64,000 nucleotides of DNA from contig OX337241.1 in assembly GCA_946965045.2 (NCBI GenBank), positions 2,666,001 to 2,730,000 on the forward strand, read 5' to 3'. The notes under the pieces were generated by a model that ran no database searches, was not told where the DNA came from, and saw only the letters and a list, made by a program, of their open reading frames with translations. Below are positions 35,853 to 46,466 of the stretch, one piece after another. The number at the start of each line of letters is the position of its first letter. The first letter of the stretch is position 1. The stretch comes from Epithemia pelagica (taxonomy: Eukaryota > Protista > Bacillariophyta). Both the position numbers and the translations under genes were made by a program.

Positions 35853-36254
35853 TGTTGTTGTGGTTGTCGTGCCAAAACGAGGTGGAATGGTCCAACCCAA
35901 ACACACGGAACCAACCAAGCAGAACAAGACAAAGAACCAGGCGACAAGGAAAGAAGAGAACCAGGATGCTTTGTGTTGTGTCCACATTCACCAGCCAGAG
36001 AGAATGAACGCCATGGACTCGTACTCGTTGATGTATATCGAACCCTCTGGAAACGGGGAAGCAACCGTCCGACGACAAGACAGATGGGCTCCACTTCTTG
36101 CTTCGTCGTTAGTGCAGAAAGGTTCCCAACAAAAAGGGTACGATTTCCAAAATCCAAACGTGCTCTGGTGAGGATCTTTTATAACGGGATCACGATCAGA
36201 AATGATCCATGCGGGCGTGTTGCATCCGAGGCGGCATGCTTTGTGTTGGGATCG

Positions 36255-37724
36255 CCCGTCCCATTGAGTCGCACAAAGGGAGTCGCATGAAAGATGGTCG
36301 CAGATAGCTGACATTGTAGTGTAGAATTATCATTGAGTCTACATATAACTAGTACAGATTGTTGTAAAGTGTACATAGTTCCGGAAGAACGCGGACTGGG
36401 TGGAGAAGTGCCCCACATCGGGGCATATGGCTTGGGGCAAGCCCCGTGGAGGGACGGTTCTTCCAGGGACGCCCCTTGATTGTTGATACAGAATGGGGCA
36501 TGAAGAGTGTCCAAAAAAGTGATCTGTGCGTACAGAGTGTGGGAACTCCATGAACCACCCCCATTCTATATTCCTATTAGGGGGCATTTGGGAGAGGCCA
36601 TGCCCAGATTCAGGCCCTTCTCTTGGCGAGAGAGGGGGGCTGGGATCGATCGTGGAAGTGCAACGCCCGAAGAAGGGCCTGACGCGAGCAATCTTTGACT
36701 CTCGTAGAAATTGGTACAGATTCTACGTCAATGATAACTCTTCTGTTGTTATGGTGGTGGCTTTCTCCCCTTCGCTTGAAGCGAACATTCAACAGCAGAA
36801 ATGGTTCCTTGAAGAGAGACAGAGACAGAGACAATCATCCATCTCCTCTTCATCATCAACTTGACGTTGCGTTGGACTTCTCTCGTTTTCCGTTTTGGTA
36901 AGTCCATTCTCCAATACAATATAGAGATCAATGGAGTCGTGTTGTTTCATTCATCTTTGTGTGTGAGAGAAAGACAATGTCCTCCTCCAAGCCTTTTGAG
37001 GAGGAAGATGGGAACCCCAACACACCATTCGAATCCGCTAGGAGTAGGAGAGTCATTCCACCCCCAAAGAGAGGATGGCTCCTTGCGGATCCCTCGGTCT
37101 CCTTTGGATCGTTGTGGTGTTGGGTTCCAGGAGTCCTCTATTATATGGCTTGGAGGGAGGGTCCTCTCGCCGCAAGGGGAGAGCAGTAGTACTAGAGAAG
37201 AAGCCTACATCGTTGCGTGTGGATTTCCTTGATTTGGTGTTGTTGTCTCATGCCTCTTGATGTTGTTTTTGGTTTTGGCATTTGTATTTTTCTATTCGAT
37301 GGAACTTGCGAGTAGAATCGTCTTGGATCGAACCCACCCAAAAGCAACCCAACAAAACCGTTGGAACCTTTTGCGAGCCTAAAGAACCACCACCACTACA
37401 CACACTCCATTATCATGTCCAGTTTGGTGTTGCAAGCCGCCCAAAGTGCGGCTCAAGCCGATGGTGTGGGAGCCGAGGGGGCCATGCAACCGCCCCACCA
37501 ACGACCTCCCGAAGCCGCCACAAATGCCACCACTTCGAACAATACCAACAACAACAAGTCCAATAATAACAATAGCAACAACAACAGCAAGTCCAACAGC
37601 AATAGCAACAATAGCAAGGGCCCGCCCTTGCGTCGCGGCAAATGGACGGCCGAAGAAGAAGCCTACGCCAATCGCTTGATTCAAGAATTCAAGGCGGGTC
37701 TGTTGCCACTCACCGATGGCACGA
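36255..37724. repeat. Inverted segmental duplication, arm 2 (partner 1..1455)
   Basis: Reverse-complement match to the window start. Confidence 0.9.
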
Positions 37725-40054
37725 CGTTGCGCACATTTCTGTCCAAATTGTTGAATTGCGATCCCATGCGGATCAGCAAAAAATTTGTCGGATCCAATTG
37801 CATTGGCAAGCAAGTCTTTCGGCGTCGAACGGCCGATTTGAATCGACTCACACCGGAACAAATTCAAACCTCGCGGGCCGAATTGTCGGAACTGGAACGA
37901 CGCTTTTTGGAACGCGTCGCTCAAACCAATCGCGTCAAATCCAATGCCATGGTCACCACCACCACAACGACGACCAATCCGACCGCCACCAACACCACGA
38001 CACCGGCAGCTGGAAATAACAATGTCACTCCTACGCCCACTACGACCAATGGATTGCCGTCCAGTGCTTTGGTGGGCAATGGTGGTAGCGACATGGCAGC
38101 CATGGCTGCCGCTGCGGGCAACAATCCCTTGGCTGCGGCGCTCAGTGGAGGAGGCTTTGGGTCTCATGGATTGGGTGGTACTGGTCCTGCCACGGCGGCG
38201 GATCTCTTGGCGGCCGCCGCAGCTGCGGGAAATTCGTCCATGTCAGCCGCCTTGTTGGCCGCCTCGGAACAACAACAGCAGCAGCAACAACAACAACAAC
38301 AACGAGCAGCACTCTTGGGCATGGGAGGCTTGTTGGATGGTGGTGGTAGTGGTAGTGGAACGACACCACCTTGGTTGTTGCCCCCTAGTGGATACAAGCA
38401 AGGACAAGGAGCGGCCTTTGCCGCCGCGCACTTGTCGTCCAATCCCTCGGCGGCCGCGGCCGGACGAGCCTCGTTGGGAAGTTTGGTGGGATCGTCGTCG
38501 TCGTCGAATTCCAACTACACCAATGATGCCATGGTCGCCTTGGGCTTGACCAACCACAACAACAATACAGCCGTGGATGGTCGTCCCTTTGCCAACAATA
38601 ACAATAACAACAATTCGGCTTCGGATTTGTTGGCCCAATTGCAACGACGCGCCTCCCATCAATCCTTTTTGCAATCGGCCTTGAATGGCAGTACTGCCAC
38701 GCTCAATAGTGGCACGGCCACCCCCACGACGAGCAATCATCCCTTTGCTTCGTCGTCGTCGTCGTCGAATGGCTTGTCGAGTGCCGCCTTGGCTCAATTG
38801 GCGCAAAATGCGTCGGCCGTGCGATTGGCCGGGTTGGGGAGCAATCCGTCGAGCATGACCAATTTGTTGCATTCGACGAATGATCCGCAACAACAACAGC
38901 AGCAGCAACACCAACAACAAGCGGCCATGGCAGCCGCCCGGGGCTTGTCGACAGCCTCCTTGAGCAATGCCATGAAACGCAAAAATTCCTTTAATGCGCT
39001 CATGTCATTGGATTTTCAATCCTTGCAATCCATTGACAATTTGGCCAATTTGATTCAAACCGGTGGTGGTGGAGCAGCCACAAGCCATCCTTCGGCTGGA
39101 CTCAAAAATGCCGATTTTGGACTTGCCGCCACCAGTTCGTCCAATTTGTCATCCTCGTCGGCTCAACGACTGTCGTCGGCCGGACGACTCGGATCTCTCT
39201 TGTCGTCGTCATCGTCCAATCATGCTCATGGCTTGACGAATACGTCTTCCTCGACCGATCCCATGGCCAGTTTGACAGCAGGAGATGGGACCACGAGTAG
39301 TAATACCAGTCTAGCTGCAGGGGCCACGTCGTCCAATCCCGGTGGTACCGCGGCCACGGGGACTTCTTCTTCGTCGACGACGAGTGGTGCTGCTGCCACT
39401 TCGTCGTCGTTGAGCAATACAAGCAGTGCCAATCTCAATCAATTTTTGCGGAACATGGACAAGGAATCGGCGGCCAGTTTCTTGGGAGGACTGGGGGGAG
39501 GATCGTCCACCAACCATCATCATCATCACGCGGCTTCGGTTGCCAATTTGACGTCGCCCAGTGCCATGCAATTGGCCGATTTGTTACGACAAGATTCCAG
39601 TAGTACGGGCTTGTCGTCCGCCTTGCGAGTGCAAGATTCCAGTAGTACGGGCTTGTCGGCCTTGCGAGTGCAAGATGGGTTGGCCCAACGCAATTCCTCG
39701 GTGGATGATTTTTTGAGTCTCATGGCCACTGGCGATATTCCCCATCAAGATCCAGGACTCTTGAATATTCCCCTCATGCAACAACAATTGGCCGTGGCCG
39801 CGGCGCAACAACAACAACATGGCGGCAGTGGCAGTAGTAGCAGTGGTGGAACCAATCCAGACATGGCTCGATTGTTGGCCCAACAACAATTGTTGCAATC
39901 CAATCCAGCCTTGGCCAATGCCTTGTCCTCTCGATCCTTGGCCAATTTGTCACAGCAACATTCCAACTCGTCGTCGTCGTCGTCCAAACGAAAATTGGAA
40001 GAATTGGGTTCGGCCTTGGCTGCCCAACAAGCCAAGGTGAAACGAGAAGGATGA
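37415..40054 (+). CDS. Myb/SANT-like uncharacterised stramenopile nuclear protein, 879 aa, intronless
   Basis: Conserved block LRRGKWTAEEEAYANRLIQEFKAGLLPLTDGTTLRTFLSKLLNCDPMRISKKFVG followed by Q/S/N-rich low complexity. ATG at 37415; the track start is a TTG. Confidence 0.85.
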   Translation: MSSLVLQAAQSAAQADGVGAEGAMQPPHQRPPEAATNATTSNNTNNNKSNNNNSNNNSKSNSNSNNSKGPPLRRGKWTAEEEAYANRLIQEFKAGLLPLTDGTTLRTFLSKLLNCDPMRISKKFVGSNCIGKQVFRRRTADLNRLTPEQIQTSRAELSELERRFLERVAQTNRVKSNAMVTTTTTTTNPTATNTTTPAAGNNNVTPTPTTTNGLPSSALVGNGGSDMAAMAAAAGNNPLAAALSGGGFGSHGLGGTGPATAADLLAAAAAAGNSSMSAALLAASEQQQQQQQQQQQRAALLGMGGLLDGGGSGSGTTPPWLLPPSGYKQGQGAAFAAAHLSSNPSAAAAGRASLGSLVGSSSSSNSNYTNDAMVALGLTNHNNNTAVDGRPFANNNNNNNSASDLLAQLQRRASHQSFLQSALNGSTATLNSGTATPTTSNHPFASSSSSSNGLSSAALAQLAQNASAVRLAGLGSNPSSMTNLLHSTNDPQQQQQQQHQQQAAMAAARGLSTASLSNAMKRKNSFNALMSLDFQSLQSIDNLANLIQTGGGGAATSHPSAGLKNADFGLAATSSSNLSSSSAQRLSSAGRLGSLLSSSSSNHAHGLTNTSSSTDPMASLTAGDGTTSSNTSLAAGATSSNPGGTAATGTSSSSTTSGAAATSSSLSNTSSANLNQFLRNMDKESAASFLGGLGGGSSTNHHHHHAASVANLTSPSAMQLADLLRQDSSSTGLSSALRVQDSSSTGLSALRVQDGLAQRNSSVDDFLSLMATGDIPHQDPGLLNIPLMQQQLAVAAAQQQQHGGSGSSSSGGTNPDMARLLAQQQLLQSNPALANALSSRSLANLSQQHSNSSSSSSKRKLEELGSALAAQQAKVKREG
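39591..39680 (+). repeat. In-frame tandem duplication (QDSSSTGLS(S)ALRV x2)
   Basis: caagattccagtagtacgggcttgtcg...ccttgcgagtg occurs twice. Confidence 0.9.
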
Positions 40055-40422
40055 TACTCCACATTTCCGGAGGATTGTCATGTGTGTGTCTTTTTTGGAA
40101 ACTACAAACAGTTTATACAACAAGAGAATCCTGTAATACTTACAATATAATAATAGACGTTACAGCCAAAAGCCAACCAGCGAGTGGCCCATTCGAGTTC
40201 AAGTCGATAGGAGCAGTAGTCAAGGAAGTCGAGCATCTACAAGTATTGTGAACTGGAGCAGGTCAGCAGTGGCACTCTTCCTACCTACCGTAGTAAATGA
40301 GAGGGCTATCCACTATCCATGTCCATCTAAAAAAGTAGGCTCCGTACATAAACCTACAATCTACAATATACGTAGACCCAGTCTCTCCCCATCCCACGAA
40401 CTGGTCATTCTCATTGTCATCA

Positions 40423-41394
40423 TCATTTTCGTGTCCTTTCGTAACGGGGGGCATATTCTTTGTCGGTCGCTGCCCACATACAATTCAGTTGATTGGGCAG
40501 ATTCTCTTTCGGTTGCAATTCCCCAAACTCAACATCACTGAAATTGGGAAATGGAACAATTATTCCCCTTTCTTCGTTTTCCCCTTCTTTTCCAATTTTC
40601 TTTGTTCCCCTAAAGAGTCCAATGACAAGCACTTGATTATCTTTCAACCATGTTCTGTTTTCCATGAACATGACAGTACCGCTGTAGTCTTTCTCTGTGG
40701 ATTCGGTAACAAAATAGTAGTTACCATCTTTTCCAATGACAACGTTTTGCCCTTGAACGAGTCCACTTTGAGAATGTCCCGCTGTGGAATTTGGAAGACT
40801 GAGATTGACCGTCCCTTGGTTGCTATCGCGCCAATCAATGGCATCTTCCTTGTTTAACCCCGTTGGATTATCACCGTCCAGGTCGATTTCGAAAGCGACA
40901 AAGTCTCATGTTGCTCAACGAGTTGGCTTTGTGTTTGCGGGGGGATATCCCATGCAAAAACTTGAGTTTTTGCGGGGGATATCCCACGCAAAAACAAAGC
41001 AAACTTGTTGAGCAACATCCAAAATTTCCTTCGGCACTTGAACAAACACAGAATTGTCGGCTTCCGCTTCGTCAAACCAGTGTCGCAGTACACAGTGTGC
41101 ACAGCTCACGAGATAGTAGCTATAGTCCCTGTCTTCACTCGAGCGGTGCTTCACCAGTGAAAACGTCCACCGACCTCCCTTTCTCACAATCGGGGCAACG
41201 ATGTCATCGCTATTTGAGCGGAAATGAAAAACATCCAAGACAACGATGTGGCCACCGTGTCGAGGATACCTCTCACTTCCGCTCGAACAGCGATGACATC
41301 GTCTTGAGTTGCATCCTGTTTGGTGGCCACGTTGGCAATTGTTTCTGGCATTGAATCCTGTATAGTACTTCCAACCTGAAGACGATGAATTCAC
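40423..41394 (-). pseudogene. Family A copy A1: frameshifted trypsin-like protease pseudogene
   Basis: GGRWTFSLVKHRSS..LVSCAHCV and EKDYSGTVMF lie in different frames. An internal ~30-bp duplication (tttgcgggggatatccca x2, ~40935-40990) breaks the frame. Confidence 0.85.
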
Positions 41395-41635
41395 AACTCC
41401 GCATCGATTCGAAATATCTTACTCTTAACATGAATCTAATCGCCTGGGAATCGTAGGTGCAGCAACAAGCCTTCAAAATTCTCTCCAAGGTCGCCTGAAC
41501 TAGCGATTCGCCCGCTTCAATATCTTGCAGCGACAAAGCCACTGATATACCCTGCCACGTCCAGTCACTTTATTGGTATTATTGTCAGCATCACACATTC
41601 CCTGAACGCTGGTTATGGTCATTGCACCGTCACCG

Positions 41636-42862
41636 TCATAGGCACTCATACCCGGGCTTCTTGTGCAAGGTAGCAACCATATTTTGGTGGAAAGATCTTG
41701 ACGCGAACGTCGCTTGGCGAACTAGGATCTTGAGATTGGAATTAGTACTTGAGTAGTAGTAGTCGTGGTCATTCTCCTTTTCATTGTTGTTTGTGCTTTC
41801 TTCATTTTCAGCTTGTGGCCTTTTGTAAAGGTGGGCTCGTTCTGCGTCGGTCGCTGCCCACGTACAACTCAGTTGATTGGGCAGATCCGCTTCCGGTTGC
41901 AAATCCCCAAACACAACATCACTGAAATTGGGAAATGAAACAATAACACCTCTTTCCTCATATGCTCCGGAACTTCCAATGGTTTTCGTGCCCTTGAAAA
42001 CTCCAATGACAGACACCGCAATGCTTTGCGTCCCTGTCATGTGTGTCAAAAACATGACTGTACCGCTGTTGCCTCTTTCTCCGGATTCAACAACAAAATA
42101 GTCGTAACCATCGTCTCCATGGACAACGTTTTGCCCTTGAACGGGCGCACTGTGAGAATGTCCTGCAGTGGTATTCGGAAAAGGAAGATTGACGGTCCCT
42201 TCGTTACTAGGCCAATCGAGAGCATCTTCCTTGTTTAACCCCGTTCGATTGTCACTGTCCAGGTTGACTTCGAATGCCACAAAGTCTCGCAGTTTGTTAT
42301 CCCCCGCAAACACAAAGCCAACCTGTCGAGCAACATTCACAATTTGCTCCGGCACCTGCAGAAACAACGAATTGGCAGTGTTGTCGGCTTGCGCTTCCTC
42401 AAACCAATGCCTCAGTACGCAGTGGGCACAGCTCACTACAAAGTACCTATAGTCGTTGTCTTCACTCGAGCGGTGCTTCACCAGCGAAAAGGTCCACCGA
42501 CCCCCCTGTATCACAGGCGCGGCAAAGTCCTCTCGGGGCGGGGATAGAACAAAATTGCCCTCCGGGATGGCAGCAGCAGGAGTGGCCACCAAAAGGCGGT
42601 CCAGTTTATCGGTGATGGTGGTCACATCTTTTTTCGTGGCCATTTCCTCTCGAATTTTGGCAATCTCTTCTTTGGTGGCCATTTCCTCTCGGATCTTGTC
42701 AATGTCTTCTTTGGTGGCCATTCTTGCGGTAATTTCTTGTATTTTCAACAAGATTTGATGATAGGAATCATTCGTTTGGGACTGTGAGGAAGCGACGGTA
42801 GTGGGTGGGGTGTCTTCATGCGTCATGGGTACATTACCCTGGTCATTCTCTTTATCGTCCAT
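41636..42862 (-). CDS. Family A copy A2 (intact, 408 aa): MATKED coiled-coil repeats plus a chymotrypsin-fold serine protease-like domain
   Basis: 13-aa repeats MATKEDIDKIREE / MATKEEIAKIREE / MATKKDVTTITDK. Putative triad motifs VSCAHCV (His), LRDFVAF (Asp) and ERGNSGTVMF (Ser). No signal peptide. Confidence 0.8.
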   Translation of the reverse strand: MDDKENDQGNVPMTHEDTPPTTVASSQSQTNDSYHQILLKIQEITARMATKEDIDKIREEMATKEEIAKIREEMATKKDVTTITDKLDRLLVATPAAAIPEGNFVLSPPREDFAAPVIQGGRWTFSLVKHRSSEDNDYRYFVVSCAHCVLRHWFEEAQADNTANSLFLQVPEQIVNVARQVGFVFAGDNKLRDFVAFEVNLDSDNRTGLNKEDALDWPSNEGTVNLPFPNTTAGHSHSAPVQGQNVVHGDDGYDYFVVESGERGNSGTVMFLTHMTGTQSIAVSVIGVFKGTKTIGSSGAYEERGVIVSFPNFSDVVFGDLQPEADLPNQLSCTWAATDAERAHLYKRPQAENEESTNNNEKENDHDYYYSSTNSNLKILVRQATFASRSFHQNMVATLHKKPGYECL

Positions 42863-43610
42863 TTTTTCAATGTGAATGGTTTTTGTGGCACGGGAACAAC
42901 AAAAACCACTTCGAGCTTCGAAAAGACTCTTGTTCGGAAACTTTACTGACTCCTGCCGGCCTTGTCCAAATCCTGCACGTTGTCAATGGTACCGATTGTT
43001 TGTACCGATTGTTTGTTTGTATGTATGTATCTGCAAATGTCAGGTTCGTTTGTTGTGGTACCACGATTTGTGTCTGGTTGTGCGGGTTTTGTTTTCCAAC
43101 GCTTCAAGCTTCGAGTGTGCGGCTTCGAGTGTGTGCATGATGAAGCTTTTCCCACCAACAGCGCGGAAGCGGAGGAGGAGGGAGGAGGCGTGTGCGTTGG
43201 CGAAGGCTAAGCGATACTACGCCCTAGCGCGAGTACTTGTGGATAGTGATTCGTTGTGTACTCAAATAGCATCTACTACTCTAGAGGTATTAGGCATTCA
43301 CGATCACGATTCATAAATTTGACAACGCCCGGAAAAACTACGACCGGTGGCGCACAAGTGAGTTTGGCGCCAATCGTGGGATCTTCCTTGTGTATGTGTG
43401 GGCACGATGTACCTAAATGTGGAGGCGCTCGGTTGGCTTGGGTAGCGGAGATGCGAATCCGTGAAACCGATTCTTCGTCTCACATACATCATACATCATG
43501 GTTCCAATCCAGAGTTTGTCGATCCGCAACACACTCTAGATGAAATTTTGTCCCTTTCAAGCGTCCACCAAGATTGACTGTGTCTCCAAAAAGGCACCCG
43601 GGTTGAGATG

Positions 43611-44330
43611 ATGGTGGTGCCACTACGTTGAGCAATACGAGCAGTGCCAATCGCCATCATTTTTCGCGGAGGAATTGGATATGGTCCAACCACACCACAA
43701 CAACACGGCTTCAGCGACCAATTGGACGTCGTCCAGTGCCATGCAATTTGGTCGATTTGTTACAACAACACGGGGTTGTCGGTCTTGCTTGTTCAAGATG
43801 GTTTGACTCCACGCAATTCGTCGGTCGATGTTTTTTTTACAGTCTCATGGCCACGAATGATATTCGCCATCAAAAGATCCAGGACTCTTGAATATTCGAC
43901 TCGGGCAACAACAATTGGCAGCAGTGGCGGAACCACCACCATTCCGGACATTGCTCGGTTGTTGACACAACAACAACAAGTCAATCTAGCCTTGCCCAAT
44001 GCATTGCCATCCCGATGCTTGGCCAATTTATCACAGCAACATCCGAACGCGTCGTCTAAACGAAAATTTGGAAGAATTGGGTTCGGCCTTGGCCCGGCCT
44101 TGGCCGGTGAAACAGAAGGGTGATCTTCCACATTCATTATGGTCGTGTGTGGTTTTGCTACCGTTTCTTTGTGTATACAACAAGAGGAGAAGAAGAATCC
44201 TGTAATACTTATAATAATAGACTTTACAGCCAAAAATAAACCAGCGAGTGGCCCATGAGATCAAGTCGAGAGTACTCAAGTAAGTTTAGCTTCCACAAGT
44301 ATGGTAAACTGGAGTAGGTCAGCAGTGGGT
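43611..44330 (+). pseudogene. Degenerate direct copy of the 3' end and 3' flank of the Myb-like gene (~39380..40270)
   Basis: Shared strings gttgagcaatac.agcagtgccaatc, agatccaggactcttgaatattc, gaagaattgggttcggccttgg and ccagcgagtggccc; multiple frameshifts. Confidence 0.85.
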
Positions 44331-44347
44331 GTGGGTGTGTAGCTCTA

Positions 44348-45181
44348 CTAAAAGTTGTCGATGAGGGCTTTTTCTTTCTTTTTCTTTCTGTTCTTTTTCT
44401 CTATCTTCTTTTTCTCTTTGTTCTTTTTCTTACGCTCTTCATTTAGTTTTTGGGAATATTCAGCAAGCCACGAACGAATGCTTGTTGCCGAATAGCGGTC
44501 ATATTCATCGTGTACCTTTTTGGGAGCCTTCTGGTTGCACGACAAGTAAATCTGCGTCCATTCTCCCGATGGAATTTTGCCCTCTGACACAGGATGGCTA
44601 AACACAGAATGGCCAAAAGTGTACATACCCAACGCGTAGGGTTTGTTGGTGTCAGACTCCTCGTAGTACGCCACAAGGAGGCACTTTCCGGAATTGACCT
44701 TGCGCGTGTACACTGCAGCGCAATTCTTCAAAGCAATTCCCGCGGCTGCGATTGCATGGGATGTTCGCAGAACCCTGCACTTGCCGGAGTCAGAAAGCTG
44801 AAGCAAATAATCATACCTGACTAATGCTTTATGCTTCAGCTGCGCCTGAATAGCCCGATCTCGAATGTAGTTAACCAGCTGACGGACATTCAGACTCTCC
44901 CAATCTTCTGGCCAAGCTTCGTTGTACTCTAGTTCATCAATGGAACCAAGGTACGAACCTAGTTCATCGATGGAACCAAGGTTTTCTGACCATTCGGTGT
45001 AGTACTTGATGAGGTGCTGACGCGGAGGGCTGTCCTTTGGGGACTGCAGGATTCTCTCAATGTGATGCCACTCGTTGGTGTTGGCGGTGGGGAAATATGC
45101 TTGCCTTTGCAGCGAGCTTGGGAGAGGAAACCAATACCGACTTTCACCAAAGCTGTCTGGATAGACTCCTCGATTGATGTC
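44348..45181 (-). pseudogene. Family B copy B1, 3' half (PcfJ-like domain, Lys-rich tail), separated from its 5' half by LTR element 1
   Basis: INRGVYPDSFGESRYWFP...LKNCAAVYTRKVNSGKC is collinear with 62394..63100. Confidence 0.9.
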
Positions 45182-45890
45182 TGGCAGAATTCTCACCAAC
45201 AACTAGGTTGTGGTGGAATCTACAACTCATCGACTGATGCTAGTATTTTATGGCATCCGATGACATTTTCGTAAAAGTGAGAAAAGAATGACGGCATGCT
45301 CGCAGACCTTTTAATTTCGGCCAAGGCATGCTCGCAATGCACGCGTTATGAGCGACCGATCGGATATTAATTATGGCCCAACACGTGCGCGCCCATTATT
45401 CTCAAGCGCGCGCAATCAATATCCGAGTACGCACCTCCACGACTTAGCCCAACGGCCTAAGTAACCGAAGCACGAATCACGATCACGCGAGACCATATCT
45501 CTATTCCCACAAATCAAAGAATGCAAACAGCAACGCGCCAAGGAAACTACCTATATCATGACAAAGCAAGAGCTGTTGGCATTGGTATATGATATACAAG
45601 TGCATATACTTCCAATACACAATATCCATGTCTACTCCAACCATACCAGTCCTGTCAGCGCCATGAATATATCAGTCATGCACCCTGACCAGACCTGCAC
45701 ACCCACACACACACCGTAGTCCTAAAGCTCACAATCATTAACATTACCATATCATCACGTCTTCAGTGTCCTGACTATCCCTACGATAGAACCCTTGGGT
45801 TTCCTTTGTTCTCTGACCCGTGGAGAACCTTGGTATCAGTTGGTAATCGATTGTGGCTCTTCTAGAGCGTGTATTGATGAATCTCTACTA
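45182..45890 (+). repeat. 5' LTR of element 1 (TGGCAG...CTACTA)
   Basis: Near-identical to 50628..51336; two substitutions noticed by eye. Confidence 0.95.
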
Positions 45891-45904
45891 GATTAACAGT
45901 CTCA
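45891..45904 (+). promoter_or_regulatory. Putative primer-binding site GATTAACAGTCTCA
   Basis: Abuts the LTR end and is identical in both elements. Its reverse complement TGAGACTGTTAATC looks like a tRNA-Asn(GTT) anticodon arm. Confidence 0.7.
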
Positions 45905-46466
45905 CTGCTTATTTCCCTGCAGTTGCAATTGAAACCTTACTTACCCATCAACACCCGTTACAGATTGAGCTACCACAACAAACAAGAGTTAGAGGACAAA
46001 GCTACTCAACCCATCAACAGGGCCAGCCTGGCTAAGGCTAGGGTCACTAACCCTCTCCTATTCCAGGACCTCAAGCTGCACCAGGACTCCGTACAACTAC
46101 CTTCCCAATACTCATCCAACCAGTGAACCACTTTTGTTGAGGACTACTACGAGTACCACGAAGAAGCCGCCTTCTGTTACTGAATCTCCGGATCAACTCG
46201 ATCACCGCAACGAGTCTGGAAGTGACCAAGAATAAGTAACTTTAAGTAGTTTTCACACCAAACCGGAGACAAAACAAAGTTCCGCACATCCGGGTTACCT
46301 TTTGGACATCACAACACACATCCGGGTCCTTCATACGTGGCACACACGTGGCACATCCGGGTTCACAAGGCACACCACACATCCGGGTTACAAAACATAA
46401 CTAAAGTTTTCGACTAAGACATCACAGGACACATATCAACATATCTTATCACCAAGTCAAGCAATC

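Noticed and set aside
44348-45202. ORF-track 284-aa protein starting MLVRILPD as a standalone gene
   Set aside because: Its start is a TTG inside the antisense LTR; it is the 3' half of B1.
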